DNA of 64,000 bases from Paramecium tetraurelia (lineage: Eukaryota). The notes under the pieces were generated by a model. That model did no database searches. It had not been told where the DNA came from and saw nothing but the letters and a program-made list of their open reading frames with translations. This document shows, one piece after another, positions 1 through 12,523 of this stretch. The position numbers and the translations under genes are program-made. Positions within the stretch are counted from its first letter, which is position 1. The number at the start of each line of letters is the position of its first letter. The DNA is taken from the NCBI GenBank assembly GCA_000165425.1, contig CT868552.1, positions 124,001 through 188,000 of the forward strand. Reading direction: 5' to 3'.

Positions 1-290
1 AAAGAGACTGCAAACTATCTCATATCTTAATTAAAAATTTAGAATAATTATCCAACTATTGTTGTGTATTTAACACAATATTATATATTAATCACAATTC
101 ATCATCACAAATATATTTATCTATCCTAATTATTCTTGAACAATTTATGATATTCTATCGATTCTGATTAACTAATAAAAGGAGGTGATTTCTAAAGTAA
201 TTATCAAATTGTAGGCTGAAAATTAGAATTGAATTTATGAAAATTATATTATTATATGGTTACATTTAAAAATAGATTCATTTTAATTTG

Positions 291-1662
291 TCAATGTTTA
301 GCCTTTCCAAATCCCACCATGTTAACGTCTCTGTCATAAATGCTCAAGTATTTTGTTAGGAAGATATCTCCTAGAATCCAAGCTGGACCCTGAGGATCTG
401 GAATGTCTAAAGGCATAAATGCGCCAATGCATTGTTTAGCAGATCCTTCAATGAAGGCAGAGGCTGACACCTCATTACTCAAAGGGATTTCAGTTCCATC
501 TTCTTTCAACTCCATAATGTAATCTTTAGCTTCAAGATCATAGTTGACTCCATCAATTCTGAATGTGAGAGTAGGTAATTCCTTCAGATTAGAGCAGTTA
601 TCGTCGATATTGGTAAGATCTTAAATCATTGTAATGAGGTTAATTACCTAGCAATTTCATTAGGTCATCATATGGACCAGTAATTAAGGAAGTACCAGTA
701 TCAGCAACAACCTTGCAACCTTTGGGGCAGAATCCTTAATCTTGGCCATTGACCAGAATGTTCTCAGCTTTGATCATCCAATAGTATTTATCAATCACAG
801 GATGATAATGAACTGGACCATCCAGTTTAGTAACGTCATAGCCTCCGAAAGTAAGTTATGATTCGTAGCTATTAACTTTGTTACTCATGTAGAATGAGAA
901 TTGATTGGATTGCAATTTCTTTTATTTCATAATGTTATCGAACAAGGGATTCAAATCATAAGCAGCCATGGAAGGATATGCTAGACCAACAATGCCATCG
1001 AACCCCGACTTAAACATTGATGTTATTAAATTACATTTTAGAACACAGCACCATTTTCTTCAACTATTTCTGCAATGTTTTGATCTTCAACTTCTATTTC
1101 TCCTAATTTGACAACGTCTGAATTCACCTCTCCATTCAAATCTCCAGTACCGAATTGGACATTCAAGGCATATCCAAGATGTTTGGATCTAAAACTTGGT
1201 TTGTATTGTGTATGTTATTTGCATCCTTCATTTTTGCATTTCACAGAATCAATCCAGAAATTGGCAGATCCAGTATCAAAGATAACCTAGAATTCTTGAT
1301 CACCAACAGTGATTGGTCCAGTAAATTAAGTATTCTTGAAATTATGTAATTTAAGATCTGCCTATCTCTTCTCTGTAGTTTATTATGGTTTTGGTACGTA
1401 ACCTCCAAATTCGATTTCCTAAATATCAATTGGGGTCTATTATCTGAAGTAGGTTTATTTGGTGGTTAAAAAGTCGTACATTTCCTTTGCTGAGACCTAT
1501 TTGGAGTAGGGACTAATTGAATACGATCGTGTGAGTTTCCTTTAACTTTATTGTATAGAGTTTATTCTCTTGTGATGTAGTACTTTGGTCTTGTAGGAAG
1601 GTACCTTGCTCTTGTCCACAGAAGACAAGGACAATCAGAAGGGAGTATAGGAATATGTTCAT
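291..1662 (-). CDS. Pepsin/cathepsin D-family aspartic protease (A1) with signal peptide, several tiny introns
   Basis: Starts MNIFLYSLLIVLVFC; catalytic motifs IFDTGSANFW and VVADTGTSLITGP; FDGIVGLAY; C-terminal WILGDIFLTKYLSIYD; TGA at 291-293. Confidence 0.93.
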
Positions 1663-1689
1663 AGTATAAAAACGATAATAAAAATTTAT

Positions 1690-3278
1690 ATGTAACCACT
1701 TTGTGATCCAGCACAGGATAGAGTAGTCAAGTAAGTTCCCTTACCTCCTCATCGACCACTAGATAATGATCTTATGTTTCCAGCCAAGAATTAAGGTAAT
1801 AGATGGCTATTGAAAATAGGGAAACCTGACTGGAAACTAATAAAGGAGCATTTAGAAAGAGAGGGAAGAATTGCGAAGAAGGAAGTAATAAAATTAGTAT
1901 CAATGGCGAACAAAATCTTCAGTAAGCAATTTTTCATTATAGTAAAGAGAATGAAGGTGGTTTGATACATCTTTCCGATCCTTTGACCGTGGTAGGAGAT
2001 ATTCATGGGTATGTTGAAAATATAGGTTAGACAATTTTATGATTTCCTGAAAATTCTTGATGTTGGCGGTAATCCTGAATCATAGAAATATGTGTTTTTG
2101 GGCGATTATGTTGACAGAGGACCATTCTCCATAGAGGTGTTAATTTTGTTGTATTCACTAAAAATCAATTATCCACGCACTATCTATATGTTGAGAGGCA
2201 ATCATGAATGCAGACAACTCACTTCATTCTTTAACTTCATGGACGAATGCAAATACAAGTACGATTAAGAATTGTATGATGTTTTCATGGATTCATTCGA
2301 CAATCTTCCATTGGCTTGCATTATAAATAATCAATTCATTGCACTTCATGGAGGAATCTCTCCAGAATTAAGAAATGTATAACATATCTAATTCATATCA
2401 AGGTCACTGATGTCAATTTGGTAGAGAGATTCAGAGAACCACCAAAGAATGGACTATTCTGTGACATCCTTTGGGCAGATCCTGTGGATAATGATGATGG
2501 AATTTGCGAAGGACAATTTCGAATTAATGAAGTCAGAGGCTGTTCATACTTTTATGGAATGGAGGCAGTTAGTCGATTCTTGGAAAGAAACAAGTTGATA
2601 TCTGTCATCAGAGCCCATGAAGCTCAATTAGAAGGATACAAAATGCACAGATGGGATGGAGGATAAGATTTCCCTATGGTCATTACAATATTTTCAGCTC
2701 CCAATTATTGTGACGTCTACAATAACAAAGGTGCTGTCATTAAATTCAAAGTATCTATTTTCACTACTCCCTAGAACAATGATCTGAATATCCAACAATA
2801 CAATTATAGTTAACATCCATATCTGTTACCCAATTTCATGGATATCTTCACCTGGTCTATTCCATTTGTCGCAGAAAAAGGTTATTAGTCATAATCTCAT
2901 TATTCTAGTCACTGAAGTGTTGTTCCACATCATACAACCTAGAGATGGAGAAGCCATGGATGAAATCGTTGATGAAGATGATATTGCAAAATTCAAAGAA
3001 TTAGTAGGAGATTAACAACATAAAAATAAAGATGTCTTCTTGAAAAGCAAAATCAAGTTTGTTTTTAGAATGATGCAAATTCAAAAGGGATTAAGATAAC
3101 AAAGTGAAAGTCTAGTCTAAACCAAAGGAGCTTGTCCTGACAACCGTATTCCTAAAACACTTCTAGATAGCATTAAAGATTGTAAATAATTATTATATCA
3201 TATTTAGCAAATGGGGCATTTTAGACTGCTAAAATGGCTGACTCTATCAATGAGAAAAGACCTGGACTCAGTTAATGA
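1690..3278 (+). CDS. CNA: Calcineurin catalytic subunit A (PP2B)
   Basis: [67 protein letters not shown]; autoinhibitory-like tail [12 protein letters not shown]; multiple tiny introns. Confidence 0.96.
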
Positions 3279-3559
3279 TATTCAAATCATATAAAAACAC
3301 ACTCATTTAATTTACAAATTTAATTACAAACATTCAAATTGTCTCTCCAAAAGGAATTAGTCAATAGTAGTGATTAATACTATCTACTATCTTTTTAACA
3401 CTCTCTGTCAATACCCACTATTTCATTCGTAAATTTTTTAGTCTCTCAGTATTCATCTCATTTAGTTATTTCTTTATAAAAACAATTAACAAACATATAT
3501 TTAGTCTTCTGACTACTTCTGTGTTCTAAATGATATTGAGTGTATTGTTCCACTTCATT

Positions 3560-4230
3560 TTGAATATTAGTGATGAAATAACAATCAGCCATTTTGTACA
3601 GTGATTATTAATGCATCTTCAATTCCAAATTTTTGTTGTATTTCTTTCACATCAAAATTATAAGGAATCTAAATAAATATTGTATAAATATGTTATACTG
3701 AAATATCCTGGATTGTCTTTTATTCCATATTGCTTTTGTAATATTCAAACATATCTAAGGATCTGCTTTTTCTAATCTTGAAAAAATGGGGATAATGCTA
3801 ACACACTTATCAGATTTTTTGTTTTTGGGATGATTTTTTTAACAACTAATTTTAATTATATCGCTATCCATTAATATATCACTTTGTTCTTTAGTTAAAT
3901 CTTGATCAAATAATTAAAAATATCTTAGGTATTATGTCACATTTATCAAGCTTTACACTAGTCCTTAACCTAGGTTTTATTTTAGGCATATTAGCTTGTT
4001 TCATTTGTTAAGTGACATTCTTCAAAAATACCCATATTCAGGTTAAATCTGAGCTGAAAAGGTAGAAGCTATCACTGCCAATTATTCAGATTCGTTAGTT
4101 GACGACCTATTCTTCAAAGTTGTCGTTGTTTCAATGAAGTTTTTCTTTGTTTTACAATCTTTTTTTTAGATAAAGATTTTAATCTAAAATAGAATATTTA
4201 TTGATTTAAATCAAATGTAAAAAATATCAT
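3560..4230 (-). pseudogene. Possible degenerate or unresolved gene
   Basis: Coding-like minus-strand stretches and one canonical GTA...TAG intron (about 3669-3698), but no single continuous frame; TGA stops interrupt all frames tried. Confidence 0.25.
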
Positions 4231-4636
4231 TTTGCGTTGAAAGAAATTTCACTTTCATTCCTTTGCTTAATATACTTATAAATGTGATCAACAATTTTGT
4301 TGTTGATATATATTATCGAAATGTGAAATTTTTAATAAAACATTATAAAATTTCAACAAGATAATCCTTCGCATCACTTTATCTTCTAATTTATAATTTT
4401 TGAATCGAAAATACAACCTGAGGTTTCAATAATGTCTTGAACAAAATGATATTTAATTTTTTTCTCAATTTTATATTTAACATATTCTTTCTTGGGTATC
4501 TCTGATCTACCACAAGTTCTATTGCGTCAATTTATATACATAGAATTAATTAGTTGTTAAACCAATTGAGTTTTATATAACACATAATTTGGATTAGTTT
4601 GTATTCTGGTTATATATGTTATTATTATAATATTAA

Positions 4637-5314
4637 TCATTTTGGTCCTTGGGCTGCAAGAATGGCCATCTCTTATGCTTCTTAAGCTTCTATTTTCTCC
4701 ATATATTCTTATAATTATTCTGCAGGTACTTCATCTGGCATTAATTAGGTTTATTTAATTTCATATTCAGGTTCTTCAGGATTCATCATCAATGAACCAT
4801 CTGCAGGTTAAAATGGTGAATCGACTCCCTTTTAATCTGGAATTGAATCCTTTTCAAACACTGGATTAAGTTGATTTTCTACAACATCAACTGGCATTTG
4901 ATCAGTTGGATCTTAAGTTTGAATTTCAACATTCAAAGCATTCATATATTAGTCATCATCTGAACCTTTGGTTGATGATAATTGCTATTGTTTTTCTTCT
5001 TCATATCTTTTTTATTCTTCTAAATCTAATTAATCTTGCTCTTGGCTAGTTAAACTTATTTCAGATTCTTGTTGCTCTTATTATTATGGTTATTCTGTCT
5101 ATTCTGATTAAATTTGTGTTTCTTAGACTAATTCAGCTTCTTTCTATACAGTTTCAGCAGGTTCTGAAAAGCTTTTATCATCATCGATATAATCAATTTC
5201 TTGAGTCTAGACTAATGATTTTTATGAGTTTGCAGTGTTCTATTTATGATGACGAATATTATGACCAGCAAAACTTAAGCAAACGATCGCTAATACCAAT
5301 ATTGCTTGTTTCAT
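4637..5314 (-). CDS. Secreted acidic low-complexity protein (about 225 aa)
   Basis: MKQAILVLAIVCLSFA signal peptide, then E/D/Q/P-rich body ending EMAILAAQGPK*; 678 nt in frame, no intron needed. Confidence 0.8.
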
Positions 5315-6072
5315 CAAAACGGATTATAAATTTATTATTACACCTTTATCAAAATTATCACAATATTCAATACTTTTATATCTCAGCATATCAAGTAAAA
5401 CATAATCCAAATAAATTGCAATTTCTAAAACATAAATAAAATAATCAACATTACTTAAATATAGGCTGCAGTTTTTATGTAAATCTTTAAATTTAGATCA
5501 AATTAGAATAAATGAATATTAAATTAGTTGTGAAGTTTTGTCTACTTTGGATAAAAAATATGAATAAATCATCCTATAATAATCAATAATTCAAATTATT
5601 TAAGCTTTTAATTTAATAATATAAGCTAGATTTAAAAGTAAAAAGAATTAAATAAAGCATTTATACATTCTCTTATTGGAATCATTTTAACTTTCATAGA
5701 AATTATTAGAAGATTAAAAATATGATTTCTCCTTATAAGTTTATCTAATCCTAGAATTTATTATCATTAAATCATCGTTAAGATAAAATGATTAAATATA
5801 TGAATAAGTAATTGAATTAAAATTATTGTAAAAACCATAATACCTGAAAATTTAAATTTTATCTTGTAAATCAGTGATGATTATCTTTAGATATTCTAAA
5901 AGTGGCAATTTTTAATTTTTTTAGTTTTTAATTTTCGTTTTAGTTACTATCCACTTAGAAAATATTAAAATGATAGAACATAAGTATATTAATAATCTTA
6001 TTCTTTCTTGACTTATTTAGATCACTTAAAATTTGATATTAAATTTCTTAATATAAAAATACAGTGTATTTT

Positions 6073-6085
6073 AAAACCCATAAAA
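6073..6085 (+). promoter_or_regulatory. Ciliate snRNA upstream sequence element (AAAACCCATAAAA)
   Basis: ACCCATAA-core motif 52-64 nt upstream of the U2 5' end, similar to the upstream element of ciliate snRNA/telomerase RNA genes. Confidence 0.6.
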
Positions 6086-6136
6086 TAATAAAATTAATAA
6101 TAATATTTAAAGGAAATAAAAAGACGATTAAATTTC

Positions 6137-6322
6137 ATACCTTCTCGGCCTTTTGGCTAAGATCAAGTGTAGTATCTGTTCTTATCAGAGTGATATCTGA
6201 TATCTCCTACGAGGAGAATGATATCACTGCAATTTTTAAATGGGGCTGGGTTTACTTGGGGCTTGCCCCGGTCCCAGCATAGTCGACCCTGACTTACACG
6301 ACCTCGGGGAACGGCTAACCCG
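6137..6322 (+). ncRNA. U2: U2 spliceosomal snRNA
   Basis: ATACCTTCTCGGCCTTTTGGCTAAGATCAAGTGTAGTATCTGTTCTTATCAG is the canonical U2 5' end; branch-recognition GTAGTA at 6169-6174; Sm-like AATTTTT at 6231; GC-rich stem-loops III/IV; 3' end approximate. Confidence 0.97.
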
Positions 6323-6649
6323 CTACTTTTTAATTTAAACAAACGAAATTTATTATTATTATATATAAATCTCCTAAGTTATCATCCATAAATGAAAATT
6401 ATAAATTGTGAATACATATTTTTTGAAATCTTAGCATTCTTCAAAAGATAGAGGAGATCTATTCGTAGATTACAATTAATGCTAGGACTTCCCTTAGGTC
6501 AAATATATGTATTTAAAAAGGACAAAGCTGTATTAAGTTGGGTTATTATTAGAATAATCAATAACATAATTTTTTATTTAATTCTTGAAATGGTTACCTA
6601 GCAATATGACTTAATGGAAAATTTGATTCTAAATTATTAATAATTAAAA

Positions 6650-7895
6650 ATGAATAAAAGTGTCTTTCAAAATAATTAGAGAGTGCAGTAAGCTTTAATG
6701 CACTCTTAAATCAACAGAAACATTATGAAAAATAATCTGAGTGCAGATCCGAATATTAAACCAGAAGAAATTGTTGTTGAATCAGATAATATGCAATAAA
6801 CAATCCACATTAATCCTAATCAAGATTATTAAAGGTTGGTTCCATAAGTTATAATGCCAAGTGTTTATAAGGGAAATAGACAATAATTAAAGCATTTAAC
6901 TGGATTCATGTAGAAGAAAAGTCCACATTTTATCCAAGGATTTTAAAAAAAATATTGTATTTTAGAGAATAGGAAGCTTTCTTATTATAACCCCGAGAAA
7001 AAAACTCTGTTAGAAGGATCATTAAATTTTGATCTATAAGATTACTAGTATTCAGAATAACGAAATAGTTAAAACAAAATAATAGAATTTAAGTATAGAC
7101 AAAATTTATTCACTTTAGATTAATTCCTAAGGGTTGCGAGAAGGAGTTCATATTTAGGAATGAAAACTTGTAGGAAATATAAATTTGGGCATAAACAGTC
7201 TAAGAACATTTGAATTTATCAGACGGAAAAACTAAATAGATGACTTTCTTGAGTAAGACACCTAAATTTTGGAAGCATTATCAATTTTCACACCTCTAAG
7301 TACAAGAGGAATGTGATAATGGTGACATAGTTCTATTTAAATCGAAGGATAGATTTGCAGCCACAACTAGAGTACTACTTGGTTCAGAATTCGATCATGT
7401 TGGAATTTTGTATAAAGAAAATTCATAACTTTACGTGTATGAAGCAGTATAGACAGGAGTTGGAACATTTCGATGGGGTATTTGACAATTAAATTTAGTA
7501 AAATAGATTATTTAAAGCAACAAGAATGGTATAAATTTTATGAGAAAGTTTGCATAAGAAAATTAAATTATGCCTAAAAAAATGAGTATGGAGTCTAAAC
7601 AAGATTTTTAGAGTTCATAAATGACAATCTCGGCAATGATTATAGCTTGAATATTGGTAAATTTTTTAGATTTACATCTACAATAAAAAAACCAAGCGAT
7701 AATCAATAAGGAGAAAAAAAAAGATCTTATTTTTGCTCTGAATTGGTTGCTAAAGCTTATAAGGAAATGGGTCTTCTTGATTAGGTGAAATCTTCGACCC
7801 GATATTATCCAAATGACTTTACTTAAGAGAAACAGTTATAATTGTTATAAGGAGCAACGTTGAGTCCTGAATTTCTAGTTATTTTTGAAGGATGA
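6650..7895 (+). CDS. PH domain + permuted papain-like (NlpC/P60, YaeF/YiiX-type) amidase, catalytic Cys intact
   Basis: PH: LTGFMQKKSPHFIQGFQKKYCILENRKLSYY...EIQIWAQTVQ; amidase: GDIVLFKS...FDHVGILY...SYFCSELVAKAY; start could be 6614. Confidence 0.85.
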
Positions 7896-7917
7896 TATAT
7901 AATTCATTAATTATTTA

Positions 7918-9242
7918 ATGCAAACTTCTATTGATTTGCCTTCTCCTTTGGGGATTGTCCAGACTTCTTCTATAACAAGCACTGGGAAAATATTGGGTCC
8001 AGATTATGAAAACAATTTAAAGAGAGCAGCAAAAAGGAGTGAAGAAGATAAGCTATTTCGGAAGTAAAATTAAATGAATGATGCTGATGAATTTGAAGCA
8101 ATGGAAGTTTAAAATGGTGATTAGACATCCCTAATATATTATTACAAGGCTTTGAAATTGGATAAAGAAATATAACAAAACGAAAATGAGATCATCAATA
8201 TTGTGCAGAATAGGCCAAAATTAGGGATGATAGAGGGGAGTTTAATGAAGAAAAGTCCACATTGGTTTTAGGGCTATTCATAGAGAAACTGTATATTAAG
8301 AAATAGAGTATTTAGATATTATAATGTTGAAAATAAGAAACTCTAAGGAGTTTTAAATTTTGATGTTTAGTCATTTCAATTATAAGAAATATAGGATAAA
8401 AATGGAAATACATTGGAATTTATGTACAAATATCTCTAATATTCTAGTTTAAAACCAGTGGGTTAAACTTAAAAGGTATTCTAGTTCAAGGGGGGAACTA
8501 TAGAACAAACGAAAACGTGGGTTTAATTAATAAAATAACATCTGTAAGATTCTATAGGTGCATTGAAGGTGTTGATGTCACTTAGTTAATATGAACGTTT
8601 TTGGAGAGTAATGAATATATTGATTTTAGTTTGAACGCATTTCATCATTGTAGATAATGGAAGATGCTGATGATGGAGACATTTTGTTGTTTTAAGGGAA
8701 AGACATCAATTGCCACATTCAAAGATCATTGACATAGTCTAATTTTGATCACATTGGAATTTTGATTCGTTTGAGTGAAAACTAATTGTATTTGTTCGAA
8801 GCTTTGCCCTTACATGGAGTGGGTCTATGCCGTTGGAGTAAGTTTGTTATGTGTAAGTGGAATTACCTATATCATAAGTAAATTGCATCATATATTTATA
8901 AATAGAATTATATATAGAAAATTATAAATCAATAGAGATGAGAACTTTAGGTCTAGAATACATGAATTTGTCACTGAGAACATTGGTAAATAATATTCGT
9001 TTAATCCAACCAAACTATTTAAATTCAAGTCTACGATGCTTTAAGATCCATAGCAATAATAAACAAGAACGTTTTTCTCTTCTGAACTCGTAGCTGCTTG
9101 CTATAAGTTTGTAAATCTTTTGTCAAAAGAGGTTTCCTCAACTTAATATTGGCCAGGTTCCTTTTCTTAAGAAAATCAGAAGTTATCTCTTCAGTATGGG
9201 AGTTTAAGCGAAGAATATATAATAGATTTTGAGGGTGAATGA
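7918..9242 (+). CDS. Tandem paralogue: PH domain + permuted papain-like domain with catalytic Cys replaced by Ser
   Basis: PH: IEGSLMKKSPHWFQGYSQRNCILRNRVFRYY; GDILLFQG...FDHIGIL...TFFSSELVAACY. Confidence 0.85.
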
Positions 9243-9266
9243 TTTGTGTAATTAATACATTAAAAC

Positions 9267-10307
9267 TCAAACTAATAATCCTATATTCTCTTTGATCAAT
9301 TTCAAATTTTTGGATGCAATTTCTCTAGCTTTCATACTGCCTTCCTTTAAGGTTTGTTCTAACTCACTTTGATTGTTAAGTATTTGTTTCTTTTTCTAAG
9401 CGATAGTATTTAATTCATTGGCGATCAACTCAGACAGATCCCTTTTAAAATCAACTGTAGTTTTTGTCAAATACTTTTCAATTACTTGTTCCATACTCAA
9501 ATTACTAAATGCTGAATATATTCTCAAAAGATTAGAGATTTCAGGTCGCTTATCTTGATCAAAATATATTTATGGAATTGAATCAGTCTTTGATCTTTTA
9601 ATCTTTTCAAAGATCTCCTCCTTTGAATCATCTATGTTAATTCTATTCCCATCAATTGCATCTGATTTAGACATCTTCTTGTTGCCATCTCTTAAACTCA
9701 TAATTTTTGGACAAGTAGCTATGATAACATCCATTTTCAATTACATTCCAAATATTATGGTTCCACAATATTCAATTTAAATAGAGAGTTCAATCTTTAG
9801 ACATAATCTCTAGTTAATTCGATGTGTTATTTTTAGTCTAAACCAACCGGTACATATTATGCCCTAAATAAATTTAATATTTTACTGATAAAGTATGATG
9901 TCTGCTGCCATCAATAATGGGTATGTATAAAGTCCAAGAGTTGAGTATTCCTTCTTTTTATCCTTATATTGAGTCATTTTATTTAACCAATTTTTAGGAG
10001 CAATGCACGACAGAATCCATTATAATTCTGCATGTTCAGGCACATGGCTCTATATAAAGAACACAGATTGTTTAGGGTTGATTCCAGATGCAATTAACGT
10101 GGCTGCCAAAGATAAGGTATCTGATTTAGTGTTCTGATCAAATTTGATTTCGTGATCTATGGTTAATTTATCTGTTAAGGCATGCAAATCTACAATGCAA
10201 TATATATTTTGATTTCCTGGTTATTATAATTTAACCCAATTTCGAACTGCACCCAAATAATTGCCTATGTGCATTTTTCCTGTTGGCTAAATTCCTGAAA
10301 AATACAT
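9267..10307 (-). CDS. WARS2: Tryptophanyl-tRNA synthetase, bacterial/mitochondrial type
   Basis: MYFSGIQPTGKMHIGNYLGA, CIVDLHALT, LGLYTYPLLMAADI, DGNKKMSKSD, RPEISNLLRIY. Confidence 0.94.
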
Positions 10308-10350
10308 AATTAAAATAATTTAACATAATCAATTAATGCAAAGAAGAAAT

Positions 10351-11055
10351 TCATAATTTTAACTCATTTTTTTGATTCTGAATCAAATCAATTACTTTTT
10401 TTTAGTTTGAATAGATATCTGGGCCTATCTTCTTTTGATATTTCATTTGATTCTCATTATATTATACTTTTGCATATTTTAATACGCAACACTAATATAG
10501 TATATTTCTTCACCTAATTTTTATTGAAGTTCCAAGGTCGATTGTTGAAGGCTATGAAAAATTCATGCAGAAATTTTTTGTTTTTCAAATTAATAAAAGC
10601 AAAACCTCCTTCCAAATGACAAGGTATATTTAGATAATCATATTTCGATGAAAATTTGAAATCTATCTCATTTTGCAATCTTTTCACAGTATAATTACTG
10701 GGAATGTTTCTAATCATTAAGGTAGTTCGTTTATCATTGACAATCTAAATTCTAAATTTATATTACAGTTTGGAGCGAAATATTGAACTAATTTTGAGTG
10801 TTCTCGTTTTCATTTGAGCATTTCTCTGGAGCTTGGTTAAAAATGGCAGAAAACGCCTCGAACTATTCAGTGGAGGAGGAATCTGTTTCTGTTGAAAAGA
10901 GGAGCTTCGATTCTGTTGAAATAGAATTTACAAAATAAAATACTATAACCAAATAGGAAAAGATCATTATTAGAAGAACCAGCAGAGTCTTATTTTTCAA
11001 TCCAATTCGAGCATTAAGTGAACTCTTCGATTTCTTGAAATAGCGAGGTTTACAT
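10351..11055 (-). CDS. Mei2-like RRM (RRM_2) RNA-binding protein
   Basis: DKRTTLMIRNIPSNYT...YDYLNIP...GFAFINL...FNNRPW...CVLKYAKVQ matches the Mei2 C-terminal RRM pattern. Confidence 0.8.
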
Positions 11056-11083
11056 CTTTAAATTTATATATATATATTATTAA

Positions 11084-12403
<1,320 letters not shown>

Positions 12404-12523
12404 CCAAAATATTTTAAATTTAATATATATATATTAGATTAGGATAATTTATCATTTAATAATGAAATTCATAACCAATTGATATATACTAGATAACTTA
12501 TATATATATATATTAATTAATCA

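Noticed and set aside
6064..6282. 72-aa ORF in the supplied track
   Set aside because: Overlaps the U2 snRNA gene; spurious translation
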